This document shows, one piece after another, positions 1-9,117 of a stretch of DNA of 64,000 bases; position 1 is the stretch's first letter; each line of letters opens with the position of its first letter. The translations under genes were made by a program, and so were the position numbers. This stretch comes from an uncultured virus (IMG/VR IMGVR_UViG_3300005782_000717) (Duplodnaviria; Heunggongvirae; Uroviricota; Caudoviricetes): the IMG/VR virus record IMGVR_UViG_3300005782_000717. One strand, 5' to 3'. The notes beneath the pieces are model-generated. The model searched no databases and was not told the DNA's origin. It saw only the letters and a list, made by a program, of their open reading frames with translations.

Positions 1-273
1 TTAAAGTTCCTCCTGTACGCAGTTGATGCACCGTGTCGGGACGCCGGGATACTCTTTCATCGTCCGCTGGGTGGAAGGGGCCAGGGCTATGTCGCCGCCG
101 CATCGGTCGCATTTACCCTTCTTCGACCCGGGTACCATCGGGCCGCCCCAGGGCACGGCGACGATGACATCCATCTTGTCGCCTTGCTTCAGGAAGCGGA
201 TGAAGGCCCCACCCAGCCGGATTCCCAACTCACCCTTTCTGTATTCCAGGAAAAGATCCTTATCCTCTACCAT
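1..273 (-). CDS. Small Zn-finger-like hypothetical protein
   Basis: CDRC...CINC pair. Confidence 0.5.
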   Translation of the reverse strand: MVEDKDLFLEYRKGELGIRLGGAFIRFLKQGDKMDVIVAVPWGGPMVPGSKKGKCDRCGGDIALAPSTQRTMKEYPGVPTRCINCVQEEL

Positions 274-375
274 TTTTAGTCGTGCTACCCCTTCTCCTTA
301 TGCCTCCATGACTAGACCAACCTAAATTGTTTCATTACTCAGTCTGTTTACCCTTTCTTATACATAATATCCTGA

Positions 376-564
376 CTACGGCCAACCTCCTGTCTTTGTC
401 CTATTAACATTGCACTTACTGCAACAACCAGTATAAGTTGGTCTCTTTGTGTATTGAACCTTCACATACCTTCCCCCACCACAATCAGGGCAAATTACCC
501 AGACAGACTTATACCTTCTTCCCGAAGGGTAGGTGGCTATTACTATATCTCCTGGTTTTGGCAT
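376..564 (-). CDS. Small Zn-ribbon hypothetical protein
   Basis: CPDC...CSKC; GGAGG-like RBS upstream. Confidence 0.5.
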   Translation of the reverse strand: MPKPGDIVIATYPSGRRYKSVWVICPDCGGGRYVKVQYTKRPTYTGCCSKCNVNRTKTGGWP

Positions 565-630
565 TATTCTTTCCTACCCTCCAGTCTTATGTGATTAGGC
601 AACAAAACTAAAAACTGTGCGGACAGAAGT

Positions 631-1305
631 TTATGTTGTCACTCTCAAATTTTGCGGTGGGTTTTTCACAAATGTGTCAAACAAATCCCCACGTCCCTTT
701 TCGCTCAGTATGGGCTTTAAACTCTCGAGCTGCATACCGAGCCTCTGGTGTGTCTGCTTAATATTGTCCCATCCGCTGGAGTCTTCCGCAGGTGCATTTT
801 TAATATTTCGGCACAAATCTCGAGAGAGGTGTGACTCCAATCCCAGCACACGACCGAGTATCGGCCCAAGAGTTCCTACGACATCGACGATATGTGACTC
901 CTCAAAAGGATCAACCTCCTCCAACTCCTTTTTAAGCGAACTTAGAGCCCTTTGCTGATGGTCTCCGATACTTTCGATATAGTACTGCCATCCCTGAACT
1001 CCGATGCGTCCCACTTCCTCTATAACATATTTATTACCCAAGAGATGTCTTGCAAAAGTGAGAATTAATTCTTCAAGCTCCCCGACTTCCTTAACCAGTG
1101 GCCGCAACTGCCGAATCAGATTTTCATTGTCATGACCACTCCGTCCAATGCGGCTCGCAACCCACATCGCAATTGGCCCCACAAGTAGCACCGGTATACT
1201 CCACCATTTATCTGGATAAGAAAGAATGAAGTAAAGGGCTATTGCTGCCAACGAAACAATCGCAACCCCCACTCCTGTGGCATGTTTCCTAAGACATTTA
1301 ATCAT
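631..1305 (-). CDS. Membrane protein with two N-terminal TM helices (moron-like)
   Basis: Two hydrophobic segments then a helical domain; lower GC than the integrase. Confidence 0.6.
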   Translation of the reverse strand: MIKCLRKHATGVGVAIVSLAAIALYFILSYPDKWWSIPVLLVGPIAMWVASRIGRSGHDNENLIRQLRPLVKEVGELEELILTFARHLLGNKYVIEEVGRIGVQGWQYYIESIGDHQQRALSSLKKELEEVDPFEESHIVDVVGTLGPILGRVLGLESHLSRDLCRNIKNAPAEDSSGWDNIKQTHQRLGMQLESLKPILSEKGRGDLFDTFVKNPPQNLRVTT

Positions 1306-1335
1306 CGTTTGCTCATCTCCTTTATTTTAGTCGTG

Positions 1336-2334
1336 CTACCCCCAGCCGCCGTTGTGGTTATGGTTATCGCCGTGATACAGCCGGTCCAGCGGGTCGAACT
1401 GGTCATGCTGGGCCAGCGCCTTCCTGATGTCGACAAACCTTGAGTACTTAAGCACCATATCCAGGGTGGAGTGCCCCAGGAGCAACCGCAGGGAATTTAT
1501 GTCTCCCCCGGCCTCGAGGTACCTGGTGGCGAAGTAGTGGCGGAAGCGGTGGGCGCCGCCGCCCGAATTTACTCCCGCCCGCTTTTTTAGCCTCTGTATC
1601 ATTATCTTGACCGCGTACGCCGACATCGGCTGGCCGTCATCGGTCAGCCACAGATCGTCGCCGCCCGGCGTCCTCAAGGTGAGGTATTGCTTGAGAACTT
1701 TCCTCGCCTCCCGGCTTATCGGCACCACCCTGACCTTGGCCCCCTTGCCCATGACCCTGACCTCCTGCAGCCTGGAGTCAAGGGAAGTGAGCCTTATCCC
1801 AGCCAGCTCCTCAAGCCTGAGCCCGGTGGCGACGAAGAGGGAGATGATAGCCCTATTCCTGACGCCCAGGTAGCGATAGCGGAACCTGGCTTCGTCCTCG
1901 CAGAGTGAGAGGAGCGCCCTGACCTCGTCGTCGGAGTAGGGCTCCACCTGCTTGTAGCGGGGCGATCCCAGCTTGAGGCGCCGGGCGGGATTGTCCTTGA
2001 GGTACTCCTCATCTTCAGCCCAGTTAAACAGGGTCTTGACCACCTTGCCGTAGTGGTGGATGGTGGCCGGGGCCGCCGGCTTGGCAGACGAGCGCCGAGC
2101 ATTGGGCCAGCGGTAGCTCTCGGTTGAGACGTAGTCCAGGAACTCCCTGATGTGGCCCCGGGTTATAGCTTCGAGTTCATCGGGCCAGTCCTGGTTCTTG
2201 GCATACCACCGGAAATTGGCCAGCACCATCCGGTAGTATTCCTGTGTTCTCGGGGAGAGGTTGCGCCGGGAGCGAAGGAAGTCGCTGATAATCCCCGACA
2301 GGGTTAATTTCCGTTCCAGTGTTTCGGTTACCAT
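1336..2334 (-). CDS. int: Tyrosine recombinase / integrase
   Basis: TGLRLEEL (R), GKGAK (K), HRFRH (HxxR), LLGHS, KY catalytic motifs; SAM-like N-terminal domain. Confidence 0.95.
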   Translation of the reverse strand: MVTETLERKLTLSGIISDFLRSRRNLSPRTQEYYRMVLANFRWYAKNQDWPDELEAITRGHIREFLDYVSTESYRWPNARRSSAKPAAPATIHHYGKVVKTLFNWAEDEEYLKDNPARRLKLGSPRYKQVEPYSDDEVRALLSLCEDEARFRYRYLGVRNRAIISLFVATGLRLEELAGIRLTSLDSRLQEVRVMGKGAKVRVVPISREARKVLKQYLTLRTPGGDDLWLTDDGQPMSAYAVKIMIQRLKKRAGVNSGGGAHRFRHYFATRYLEAGGDINSLRLLLGHSTLDMVLKYSRFVDIRKALAQHDQFDPLDRLYHGDNHNHNGGWG

Positions 2335-2362
2335 TTTTTCTTTTTTCCACCTCCGCCAGCAA

Positions 2363-2391
2363 AATGTAAACCATTATAAACAAAATGTCAA
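2363..2391 (-). promoter_or_regulatory. Sigma70-type promoter of the integrase
   Basis: TTGACA-17 nt-TACATT on the minus strand, then GGAGGTGG RBS before the ATG at 2334. Confidence 0.65.
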
Positions 2392-2476
2392 CCCCCCTGA
2401 CCACAAGGAAAGCTTGGACACAACCTGTATCCTTTTCTCCTTTTTGAAGCGGGGAAAAGCCATTTTATTCAAATGA

Positions 2477-2514
2477 TTGGAAGGCAGGGACTCTACCAGC
2501 TGAGTTACTCCCGC
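2477..2514 (-). other. attP-like core: 5' half of a tRNA-Gly(TCC)
   Basis: Minus strand reads GCGGGAGTAACTCAGCTGGTAGAGTCCCTGCCTTCCAA (acceptor 5' strand, D-arm, anticodon loop TCC) and then stops; ~140 bp from int. Confidence 0.85.
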
Positions 2515-2789
2515 CAAAATGACGACTGGCAGCGTGGTTTAACCTCCTTTTAGCTTCAGTTTTCGTAATGACCTATTTACAACGTGTAATGACCTTTTGA
2601 CAATTCCCGTTAACCTTTTACGAATCATGGACACACCTAGTATCCTTTTGTCGCCTATATCACCCCCTTTTGAATGTCAACTCAATGGTCGCCCGAGGCA
2701 GGTAGATGTTGGGAAGCTTCCAGAATCTCGGCAGCAGTCGTATTCGCGGCAATACCATCTTCATTATCCCCCCCCTTCGTATATTTACC

Positions 2790-2818
2790 TTGACAAAATG
2801 ACGGAGCGTCCTTACAAT
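2790..2818 (+). promoter_or_regulatory. Near-consensus sigma70 promoter
   Basis: TTGACA-17 nt-TACAAT. Confidence 0.7.
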
Positions 2819-2821
2819 CGA

Positions 2822-2898
2822 GGCAAGGCAGAATCCTCTGCTACGCAGAAAAGGAGGATTTCCACATCCGCCTTAGCGGGAGGGGTCTGCCTTTTTAT
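2822..2898 (+). ncRNA. Putative small hairpin RNA / bidirectional terminator
   Basis: AAGGCAGAATCCTC pairs with GAGGGGTCTGCCTT followed by a T-run, directly after the promoter at 2790. Confidence 0.45.
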
Positions 2899-3076
2899 CA
2901 GGCTTCTTTAGGAAAAGGCCAAACTTAAACAGCAGCTCTTGACATTCCGGGTCCAACTCTGAAGCATGCCTTATTACTCTGCTTATTAGTTCCACCTGGC
3001 TGTTTCCTTCAGCCTGCGACCCGTTTCCATTGATTTCGATACGGATGGTTGCGGTTATGGACTTAGGCTTTTTCAT
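2873..3076 (-). CDS. Small hypothetical protein downstream of the repressor
   Basis: Start overlaps the repressor 3' end; helical ELDPECQELL resembles the repressor C-terminus. Confidence 0.5.
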   Translation of the reverse strand: MKKPKSITATIRIEINGNGSQAEGNSQVELISRVIRHASELDPECQELLFKFGLFLKKPDKKADPSR

Positions 3077-3437
3077 TGGCCTTCTTCTGCTCCTTAAGGA
3101 ACTCGGCAAAACGGGCCATTAGCTTGAGCTCCGACTCATCGAGTTGCCGCATCTGGTCCAGCAGTCGAGCCATCGGCTCACTGATCTCTCCATCAGACCG
3201 GGGGCTACGAGAACCGGTAAGGACGAGTAGTTTGTCCTCCAGTGCCAGCCTCTGGTTATTCCCATTACCGAAAGCAGCAGCCAGTTTCTTTATGGTGTCT
3301 GGTGTCGCCCCGCCACCATTGATAATGTCGCGTATAGTGGCGTGGCTTAAGCCAGTCTTAGCTGCCGCCTTCCGCAACGACAGCCGCTCCCTCTGGCACA
3401 TCTCGCCTAACCACTTACCTAGGGAAACCTGCTCCAT
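3063..3437 (-). CDS. XRE/Cro-CI HTH repressor
   Basis: LSLRKAAAKTGLSHATIRDIING HTH; divergent from a second HTH gene. Confidence 0.85.
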   Translation of the reverse strand: MEQVSLGKWLGEMCQRERLSLRKAAAKTGLSHATIRDIINGGGATPDTIKKLAAAFGNGNNQRLALEDKLLVLTGSRSPRSDGEISEPMARLLDQMRQLDESELKLMARFAEFLKEQKKANEKA

Positions 3438-3450
3438 AAAATATACCTCC

Positions 3451-3592
3451 TACTTTAGTACCCCATACTTTAGTAATATTTTTTGGTACTATTTTGGTGA
3501 CATTATATCACTCCCCATTGACAAAGTAAACACCCCTGTTGACACCACTCCTGTAAGAGGCTATTGACAAATTGGCTACACTCATTTACAAT
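3451..3592 (+). promoter_or_regulatory. Lysis/lysogeny-type switch region with rightward promoter
   Basis: TTGACA(3564)-17-TACAAT(3587); extra TTGACA at 3518 and 3539; TACTTTAGTA repeated at 3451 and 3467. Confidence 0.65.
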
Positions 3593-3626
3593 TCTTTATT
3601 GCCAACCATTATTGCCGAGGTGAATT

Positions 3627-3842
3627 ATGGAACAGAAGCACCCACTATTTTTTCAGTACACGCGCGATTGGCTACACCAGGTAACAGGCTTCTCCAAGGG
3701 ATACCTAAGCCGGGTGGCTACCGGGAAGATCCCACTCAGTCGTTCCTTCATTGAACGGGTTTGCTTTAAGCTTAAACGGCCCGAGTCAGAGTTGTTCTTG
3801 CCCGATGCACCACGGTCCGATTCTTCTGGACGCGAGCATTAG
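3627..3842 (+). CDS. Cro-like HTH protein
   Basis: WLHQVTGFSKGYLSRVATG HTH, ...ELF tail. Confidence 0.75.
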   Translation: MEQKHPLFFQYTRDWLHQVTGFSKGYLSRVATGKIPLSRSFIERVCFKLKRPESELFLPDAPRSDSSGREH

Positions 3843-3880
3843 TCCGTCATCTACTAGCCTTAACCGTTTAGGGAGTAGCC

Positions 3881-4114
3881 ATGTTCACAGTGAAAAGGGT
3901 CACCACCTTTGAGTATTACTGCCCCAATGGACATACCCTGCCGGAACTAAACCAGAGCCATCGGGCAAGGTTTTGCTATACGTGTGGCCTGCGGCTTGAG
4001 GAGAGACAGGTGCCCTACGATGCTGCCTACTGTACTACTTGCCATAGCCCGGTTAACCCCGAATGGGATTATTGCCCCAACTGTGGTCAAGGGAGGGAGA
4101 ATGGAAAAAGTTAA
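3881..4114 (+). CDS. Double zinc-ribbon protein
   Basis: CPNGH, FCYTCG, CTTCH, YCPNCG. Confidence 0.7.
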   Translation: MFTVKRVTTFEYYCPNGHTLPELNQSHRARFCYTCGLRLEERQVPYDAAYCTTCHSPVNPEWDYCPNCGQGRENGKS

Positions 4115-4376
4115 GACAGAACGAGAGTTGGGCTTTAATGAGCCAGAGGTCGGCTATAAATGGGACGCCGGCAGCACTCCACCGGGAGACAAAGCACCAG
4201 GACGGTGGGCAGTAAGGAGATACCCCGACCACTGGGTGGTGCTATTCCACTCGGTTGATGGGCCTGAGTATATTATCCATGATTTTGAACCGACTGAAGA
4301 GGGGGAGAGAGCAGCCAAGATTATGGCGCTGAAGTTGGTGGATATTGCCTGGGGAAGGGAACCAAGGGAGGAATAA
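4101..4376 (+). CDS. Hypothetical protein
   Basis: RBS GGAGGGAG, ATG at 4101, coupled to the upstream gene. Confidence 0.55.
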   Translation: MEKVKTERELGFNEPEVGYKWDAGSTPPGDKAPGRWAVRRYPDHWVVLFHSVDGPEYIIHDFEPTEEGERAAKIMALKLVDIAWGREPREE

Positions 4377-4380
4377 GGTT

Positions 4381-4599
4381 ATGGAAGTTACTGTTACCGT
4401 TCAGAGCAAACAGCTGACCAAAGAGGAGCTGCGAGCCTTAATCCAGGGCATTCGTGATTCCGAGCAAAAGTCATTCCCGGATAAGGAAATCTATATCTGG
4501 ATTGACGCCCCAGAGCTGAGCAGGGTGGAGTGTGAGGAACTCCTGACCAGCATAAAACCACCCTATAAAAGTGGACCGTTTCACCTAGACCTCCGGTGA
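4381..4599 (+). CDS. Hypothetical protein
   Basis: RBS and operon spacing. Confidence 0.55.
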   Translation: MEVTVTVQSKQLTKEELRALIQGIRDSEQKSFPDKEIYIWIDAPELSRVECEELLTSIKPPYKSGPFHLDLR

Positions 4600-5149
4600 C
4601 GAAGAGGATAAAAATGAAAGGAGAATGTTGTGCGGGTCCGAGGCAAAAAGCAGGCGGTTGATATCTGGTACATTTGCTGGGGAGAGCTAGACGCTTCTTA
4701 TAATGCAGAGTTATATGCGACTTGGTTTGGGGTTCGCAGGTGGTTGACAGGTAAGGCGATGAGAGACGTTCCAATTCACCGCATCGGGTGGATAGTAATC
4801 ACGGAGGAGGGGCCAATCGAGAAGGACCACTGGTCTAGCCGAGAGGAATTTCTAAAAGCCCCCAGCTAAGAAAGCAAGAGGAAAGTTAACCAGTAAGGGG
4901 ATACTGTAGTACACACCGGTGTTGCCTGTAGAACACACCTAAGGAGGCCGGAATTGGTAAAAGAGAGGTGGTTTGTAAGACTGGATCTTATTTCCCCGAG
5001 GAAGCAGTCCATCGAATTCACCGACCTCGATAAGGAGTCTGTGAGAGCGCTAGCGCTGGGCTTTCTGGGCGCGGCATTCTGTAGCTCAGATTCTCTGTCT
5101 TTCGTCGCCTGGAAAGAGCCGGCCCGGGGAAGAAAGGGAAACCAGCCCC

Positions 5150-5278
5150 ATGAGTGAGATAGAAAAGCTGCTGGCCGAAATCGAGAAAAGGAGGCGACTG
5201 ATGTTAGGATTTGAGATTGCAATACTTCTTCTCCTCTGCTTCTTGACAGGTTTGGAAGTGTCAAGGCTGAGGTTTTAG
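5150..5278 (+). CDS. 42-aa membrane peptide (not in the ORF track)
   Basis: MSEIEKLLAEIEKRRRLMLGFEIAILLLLCFLTGLEVSRLRF*; the stop abuts the array. Confidence 0.5.
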   Translation: MSEIEKLLAEIEKRRRLMLGFEIAILLLLCFLTGLEVSRLRF

Positions 5279-5690
5279 GAAGCTAGTTCGTATAAGGTAA
5301 CAGAGAGAAGAAGGCGAGCCAGTCTCGATAAGGTAACAGATGAAGGTAGGCGAGCCAGGTTGAGGTAGGCTACAGGACACAGGAGGCGAGCCAGACGATA
5401 AGAGGTAACAGGTAGGAAAAGGCGAGCCAGTTAGCCGCAGGCAACAGATCGAAGAAGGCGAGCCAGGTAACGTTAGGCAACAGAGTACGGAAGGCGAGCC
5501 AGGTTTGGAGAGGCAACAGTTAGTCAAAGGCGAGCCAGGTGCTTTGAGGTAACAGATTGAGAAAGGCGAGCCAGGACAAGCAAGGCAACAGATCGAAGAA
5601 GGCGAGCCAGGCGATGAAAGGCAACAGAAAAACAGAGGCGAGCTAGGCATTTTAAGGTAACAGCGCATTGAAGGCGAGCCAGGACTCCGT
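5277..5690 (+). repeat. TIGR-like dual-repeat / dual-spacer array, 36-nt period, 11 full units plus a partial
   Basis: Units of AGGCGAGCCAG-N8-AGGYAACAG-N8 with exactly constant spacing. Confidence 0.85.
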
Positions 5691-5702
5691 AGAGGGAGCA
5701 GA

Positions 5703-5915
5703 ATGATAACTGATAGGATCGGGAAGAAGATAGCCAAGGTTTCAGCGAAACTCATCACCGACCGGCTGCAGTCCACCGCTTACGAGCAGGTGGTGGAGAA
5801 GTTCTGCCTGAAACGGTGCGGCCGCACCCCTGACGGCGAGCTCTGCGATGAGGCGGAGAGGGTCCACCGGCTGTTTCTTGCCCTCCTTTTTGGGGACTAT
5901 AGCGGGTCGAACTAG
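5703..5915 (+). CDS. Hypothetical protein
   Basis: RBS GAGGGAG at the array end; CxxxC...C. Confidence 0.5.
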   Translation: MITDRIGKKIAKVSAKLITDRLQSTAYEQVVEKFCLKRCGRTPDGELCDEAERVHRLFLALLFGDYSGSN

Positions 5916-5923
5916 GTGATACG

Positions 5924-6745
5924 GTGGCAGAAGAAGTAGTAGAGAAAAAATTAACCGGCCGAGAACTTGCCGAAAGCTTAGCCCGGCAGCTGCAGCTGAG
6001 TGGTTGGATGGCTTGGGTAAACATGCCCATGGGGTCGGTCCTATGGAGCAACCCAGGAATAGCCGATGTAATAGCCATTTCTAAGAGCCACAGCAACACG
6101 ACAGTTAAGGTCTATGAAGTGAAGGCCAGCCGTAATGACTTCTGGACAGACGTAAACAGGGGGAAGTACCTCAGGTACATGAAGGAATGCAACCAGTTCT
6201 ATTTCGCTGCGCCGGCAGGAATGTTGAAGAGGGGGGAGATCCCCCAGGGATGCGGGCTCATCACCCTGGGCGACCATGGCTGGCATGTCCAGATGGGCGC
6301 CCGGAGAAACGAGTGCGAGCTATCGAGGGAATTCCTGATGGCGCTGCTGATAAAGGGCCACCAGGACTATCTACTGAAGATGCGGGCGTTTAAGGACAAG
6401 GATTACTACGAATACCGGGGACTGACCGACGCCGCCGCTAAATATGGCAAGAGGCTGGCCCAGGAACTAGCCATAGGGCCAGAGTACCTTCAAGAAGCCC
6501 AGGAGCTTAGCAAGAAGGTCGGTGAAGCCTTAGGCGAAAACCACGATAGCCTCGATCTCTCGATCTGGAGTCTTCGCCAGAAGGTTTCGGAGCTTCTCAA
6601 CGAGTATAAATTCGCCGAAGAAGTAACTGAGCTCACCAGTATACTGAAGCAGCTATTCCGCGGAAACACCTATCAGGCACCCGAGGCACTCAGGGAAATA
6701 GCCAACAAACTAGAGGCAAAGCGGCAAGGAGGTGAGCATGGCTAA
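5924..6745 (+). CDS. MmcB-like PD-(D/E)XK nuclease with helical C-terminus
   Basis: IADVIAI...YEVKASRNDF..D, FYFAAP, CGLI motifs. Confidence 0.75.
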   Translation: MAEEVVEKKLTGRELAESLARQLQLSGWMAWVNMPMGSVLWSNPGIADVIAISKSHSNTTVKVYEVKASRNDFWTDVNRGKYLRYMKECNQFYFAAPAGMLKRGEIPQGCGLITLGDHGWHVQMGARRNECELSREFLMALLIKGHQDYLLKMRAFKDKDYYEYRGLTDAAAKYGKRLAQELAIGPEYLQEAQELSKKVGEALGENHDSLDLSIWSLRQKVSELLNEYKFAEEVTELTSILKQLFRGNTYQAPEALREIANKLEAKRQGGEHG

Positions 6746-7021
6746 AAGGGCGAAATGCGACAAGTGTAAAATCAAGTGGAATGTCCAGGAAAAAGACCAG
6801 ACCCCGCTTCGGGAGCTTCAATGCCCGTACTGCGGCGGGCCCGTAACACAGATATACTCTCCTTGCAGATATCCCCTAGCCAAGGGAGAGCCTATTCTCA
6901 AATAGGTGAAGGCGAAGATGGTTGAATTGAGAGTTTCTGCCTGAGCCGAGGGCTTTTCAAAATGGTGCTAGACTTTGTGCTGGTCGGCAGCAGGCTCAGG
7001 CACCATAAAGAGTAGCGGTGT

Positions 7022-7097
7022 CGCGGAGTAGAGCAGTGGTCAGCTCGTTGGCCTCATAAGCCGAAGGTCGTGGGTTCGAATCCCACCTCCGCTACCA
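7022..7097 (+). tRNA. tRNA-Met(CAT), initiator-like
   Basis: Full cloverleaf, CTCATAA loop, GTTCGAATC T-loop, encoded CCA, unpaired C1/T72. Confidence 0.9.
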
Positions 7098-7489
7098 GAG
7101 AAAGAGGAGATGGTGGAAAAGGAAGAGAGAGTAGCTAAAAGGGAGATAGTAAAGGTAGAGATAGGAAACGAGGAGTTGGCCGCTGAGATAGAGGATGGGG
7201 AAGTGGTTGGCTTCCGGCCCATCTCGATAGCTCACCTGAATAAAGACAGGCTGGGGTGTATCACCTATATCACGCTTATCGGCAACGCTATGACGAAAAC
7301 GGGGAGGTAACCATGGGTATTGAATTTAGGGTAACTGGCCACGGAATACTTCCTGGTAATCAGATGGTGGGGTGCTGCCGGCATGGGATAACAGCTGGGC
7401 GCCCGATGTTCAGTTACTCTGGTTAAGAATATACGACAAGCTTGTTTAGAGGGAAAATATGACCAGAAATATGCCACTTTGAGGGTATT

Positions 7490-7744
7490 TTGAACGTAGG
7501 AGTTTGGCAAGGGGATAAATATATGAATATACCGGATAGGCTGTACCAGATACTGCAGTTTAACGATAACCTGGCCTTCAGCATTTTAGAGCTGGTCGAC
7601 AGGATACTCGACCGCGTGTGGATCGTCAGGTATTTCAAGGTCCTGCGCGCTTTAGCTAGTCTTGAGAGAAAAGGCCTGATAGATTCAAAACACATCGGCG
7701 GGAGGAAATACTACATCTACAGGAAGGGCGAGCAGTCGAAGTGA
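7490..7744 (+). CDS. Small winged-helix-like protein
   Basis: LASLERKGLIDSKHIGGRKYY wing motif. Confidence 0.5.
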   Translation: MNVGVWQGDKYMNIPDRLYQILQFNDNLAFSILELVDRILDRVWIVRYFKVLRALASLERKGLIDSKHIGGRKYYIYRKGEQSK

Positions 7745-8703
7745 ACGACATGGAAACCCTTAAGCGGGCCTACGAGCGGGAGCACGACTCCCGCGACCGC
7801 CGGCCGCCGCATCTACGCAGCTGGGAGTATTACACCCTGGGAGCTTCCCGCAGTGACATCAAGCGCCTCCTGGACGAGGGGCTTATCACCGTCGCCCTGA
7901 AGACCTCGGCAATAACAAAGTACCGGCTGAGCGATAAGGGGCGCGACCTGGTATGGGCCTTTACTATGGAGCGTGAGTTCGCCAAGATACCGGCCGCCTC
8001 GGTGATGGAGGCCCTAGAGCTGGTTATCGGCTTTGACGACCTCAAGGAGGCCATCGCCCTGGCGGTAGAGGCCCGCCGCCGCATCAACTTCCTGCTTGAG
8101 GGGCCGCCGGCCTGTGCCAAGAGCATCATGCTGGAGGGGGTGCGCTCGGCCGTCCCCGACGCCTATATCGCCTTCGGGTCCCGCACTTCCGCCGCCGGCC
8201 TCTCCGAAGCCCTCTTCGAGCACCAGCCCTCGGTTCTGCTCCTGGACGAGGCGGACAAGATGGATAACGAAGTCTACTCGGTGCTGCTGGGGCTCATGGA
8301 GAGCGGCGAGATTCTGGAAACCAAGAGCCGCAAGACGCGTGGGGTGAAGCTCAACACGATGATTCTGGCCGCCTGCAACAGCTCGGTGAAGATGCCCGGG
8401 GAGTTCCTGTCCCGGTTCGCCCTCCACGTCCACTTCCCCACCTATTCCCGCCAAGAGTTCATCGACGTGTGCCGGGGCTTCATGGCCAAGGCCGAGGGGT
8501 GCCCCAGAGACCTGGCCGGCATCATCGGGCAGCTCATCTATGACTACGGGATAGGCGATGTCCGCAAGGCCAGGGGTGTCTGGCAGCTTATGACCGCCCC
8601 CACCGAGAGCGAGGTTCAGCGGGTCGTCCAGCTGATGCTCAAATATAGCCCAGACCACCGCCGGCTTAAAAAGCCAGCCAAGAACCGGTTGCCCGGGATT
8701 TAG
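7741..8703 (+). CDS. wHTH plus RuvB-like AAA+ ATPase
   Basis: Variant Walker A GPPACAKS, Walker B LLLDEADK, sensor N, FLSRF Arg finger. Confidence 0.8.
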   Translation: MNDMETLKRAYEREHDSRDRRPPHLRSWEYYTLGASRSDIKRLLDEGLITVALKTSAITKYRLSDKGRDLVWAFTMEREFAKIPAASVMEALELVIGFDDLKEAIALAVEARRRINFLLEGPPACAKSIMLEGVRSAVPDAYIAFGSRTSAAGLSEALFEHQPSVLLLDEADKMDNEVYSVLLGLMESGEILETKSRKTRGVKLNTMILAACNSSVKMPGEFLSRFALHVHFPTYSRQEFIDVCRGFMAKAEGCPRDLAGIIGQLIYDYGIGDVRKARGVWQLMTAPTESEVQRVVQLMLKYSPDHRRLKKPAKNRLPGI

Positions 8704-9117
8704 AGGGTGAAATAGGAGGATTTAGACATGGGGCTATTCAGAAACTGTAAAAACTGCGGCCACATCGAGGAAGGGCATGCCATGGACGCCCCTGAGGGAG
8801 AGCGGGTGTGCCTGGAAGAAGACTGCGACTGCGAAAACTTTGAGCCGGAGGATTAGATGCCCTGCACAGCCGATTTTTTTATGACCAGCTGCGGCTCCAT
8901 CTGCCACATCTACAAAAAATACATCGAGGCAGGAGCGGGGGGAGAATTCTACCATGGGGAACTCTGCGGAGGCTGCCTGTGGTGGGAGGATTCCGAAGAA
9001 GACAAGGAGGCCTGGGAGAGAAGAGAGCGGCTCGGGATTAAGAGAAGGTGGTAGCCATGAAAGTCCCGCGTGATGAGCTGAACGACGAGAAATATCAGAT
9101 AAAGGAGAGAAATCAAG

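Noticed and set aside
5261..5776. 171-aa minus-strand ORF with PGSP...CCL repeats
   Set aside because: Shadow of the 36-nt array; antisense to the operon, and conservation is at nucleotide-motif level
5924..6745. Candidate Tas effector for the TIGR-like array
   Set aside because: Motifs are MmcB-like PD-(D/E)XK; no Nop-domain features seen, though a functional link cannot be excluded
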